This document shows, one piece after another, positions 62,873 to 64,000 of a stretch of 64,000 nucleotides of DNA. Below the pieces are notes generated by a model that worked only from the letters and a program-made list of their open reading frames with translations, searched no databases and was not told where the DNA came from. Position 1 is the stretch's first letter. Each line of letters begins with the position of its first letter. The stretch spans positions 992,001 through 1,056,000 of the forward strand of contig CBDCUI010000009.1 of the NCBI GenBank assembly GCA_965222615.1. Direction: 5' to 3'. This DNA comes from Gammaproteobacteria bacterium. GTDB taxonomy: Bacteria > Pseudomonadota > Gammaproteobacteria > UBA4575. Both the position numbers and the translations under genes were made by a program.

Positions 62873-63583
62873 CTACTGAGAAGATTTATCTCCTTCAGAT
62901 TTATCTTCACTTTCGGCTTTGGTTTCTGCTTCGTCACCTTCAGCTTCTGCAACTTCTTCACCCTCTTCAGCTTCTTCAGCAACTACTGGCTCCTCTTCAA
63001 TTGCGCGTTTGACATGGACAGATACCACCACATGATCATGACCTTCACCATGTGAAAGCTCTACAATAGTCACACCTTCGGGAACGGTGATTTTACTTAA
63101 ATGGATTGCTTCGTTTAACTTGAGATCCTGCACATCCACTTCAATAAATTCTGGCAAATCTTTTGGTAAGCAGACTATTTCAATCTCAGATAAATTGTGA
63201 CTGATTGCTCCACCTTCCATTTTTACCCCATGACACGATTCCTCATTAATAAAGTGTAACGGCACATGCACATTAATAGCCGTATCTTCACGTACACGTA
63301 ATAAGTCCATGTGTAAAATTTTAGGTTTATAAGGGTGACGCTGTAATTCACGTAGAATTGCTTTTTGCGGTTTACCACCAACATCGATCGTTAAAATATG
63401 GGAATAAAATGATTCATTTTCTAAATTATGCATAAGACTATCGTGGTCAAAGGTAACTGAGACCGGCTCTTCGCCACCACCGTAAATAACTGCAGGCACC
63501 TTACCCATTTTTCGCAGTCTTCTGCTTGCACTTTTACCGTAGTCACTACGTGATCCCGCAGTTAATGTAAAATCAAGACTCAT
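62873..63583 (-). CDS. rplY: 50S ribosomal protein L25 (Ctc)
   Basis: GKSASRRLR, VPAVIYGG, QRHP...HMD, acidic tail. Confidence 0.96.
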   Translation of the reverse strand: MSLDFTLTAGSRSDYGKSASRRLRKMGKVPAVIYGGGEEPVSVTFDHDSLMHNLENESFYSHILTIDVGGKPQKAILRELQRHPYKPKILHMDLLRVREDTAINVHVPLHFINEESCHGVKMEGGAISHNLSEIEIVCLPKDLPEFIEVDVQDLKLNEAIHLSKITVPEGVTIVELSHGEGHDHVVVSVHVKRAIEEEPVVAEEAEEGEEVAEAEGDEAETKAESEDKSEGDKSSQ

Positions 63584-63649
63584 GATATTCTCCAGCCGTG
63601 TTTATCTAATATTTAGGTTTTATATTTACGTCGAATCTGAAATATCTAC

Positions 63650-64000
63650 CTAATCCATATATAAAGTACTAACAGATTCTTCCTGATTAATGCGCCGCAT
63701 TGATTCTGCTATTAACCCTGATACTTCAAGTTGCCGAATTCGAGAACAGGCCTTAGCATCTTCGCGGAGCGGAATTGTATCAGTTACTACCAATTCATCC
63801 AGCTCAGATTGATTAATATTCTCTATCGCATTACCGGAAAGTACGGGATGAGTCGCATAGGCCTGCACACTTTTAGCCCCATGTTCTTTAAGGGCGCTCG
63901 CCGCATGGCATAGAGTACCCGCCGTATCCACCAAATCATCGATAATGAAGCAATCCTTACCTTCGACTTCACCAATAATATGCATCACTTTGGCTTGATT
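63650..64000 (-). CDS. prs: Ribose-phosphate pyrophosphokinase, 3' part only
   Basis: [15 protein letters not shown]-binding motif; prs-rplY-pth-ychF synteny. Confidence 0.96.
   Translation of the reverse strand, partial: NQAKVMHIIGEVEGKDCFIIDDLVDTAGTLCHAASALKEHGAKSVQAYATHPVLSGNAIENINQSELDELVVTDTIPLREDAKACSRIRQLEVSGLIAESMRRINQEESVSTLYMD

Noticed and set aside
801-63913. Many 60-144 aa ORFs nested in or antisense to well-supported genes (e.g. 28088-28477, 43914-44270, 58219-58653)
   Set aside because: They overlap conserved genes and lack domain motifs; treated as shadow ORFs.

Overview
AT-rich (roughly 37-40% GC by eye) gammaproteobacterial chromosome segment. Mostly housekeeping genes: ubiG-gph-rmuC-cysC-yciK, rluB, scpAB-trpS-yciO/yciB/yciI, folE, mlaA, argG/argD/argF, rnt, grxD, egtD, nadC, mazG, GTP-dependent pck, ndh, tRNA-Met, ychF-pth-rplY-prs. 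Two accessory zones: (i) ~6.3-13.4 kb between rluB and scpB, with a hydrolase, a molybdopterin oxidoreductase, an IS30-like end and two tandem IS481 elements, one inserted in a REP hairpin; (ii) ~37-60 kb, with c-di-GMP enzymes, a c-di-GMP-I riboswitch, CRP-like boxes, an inverse-autotransporter/beta-helix adhesin, a bufferin-type MNIO RiPP cluster, an orphan Rap1a-like gene and a RegB/RegA pair with its binding box. The most unusual signal is at the ychF 3' end. The last nine codons (VVHFRFNV-stop) occur three times at 51-52 bp spacing, differ only at synonymous positions, and are separated by related 24-25 bp linkers. This looks like a stack of miniature gene-end-replacing integration units. 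Also found: a family of ~140 bp structured MITE-like repeats, a candidate CsrA-titrating sRNA, two unannotated small proteins, and an RHH protein ending in a clamp-binding-like motif. All calls were made by eye from the sequence and the ORF track; no searches were run.
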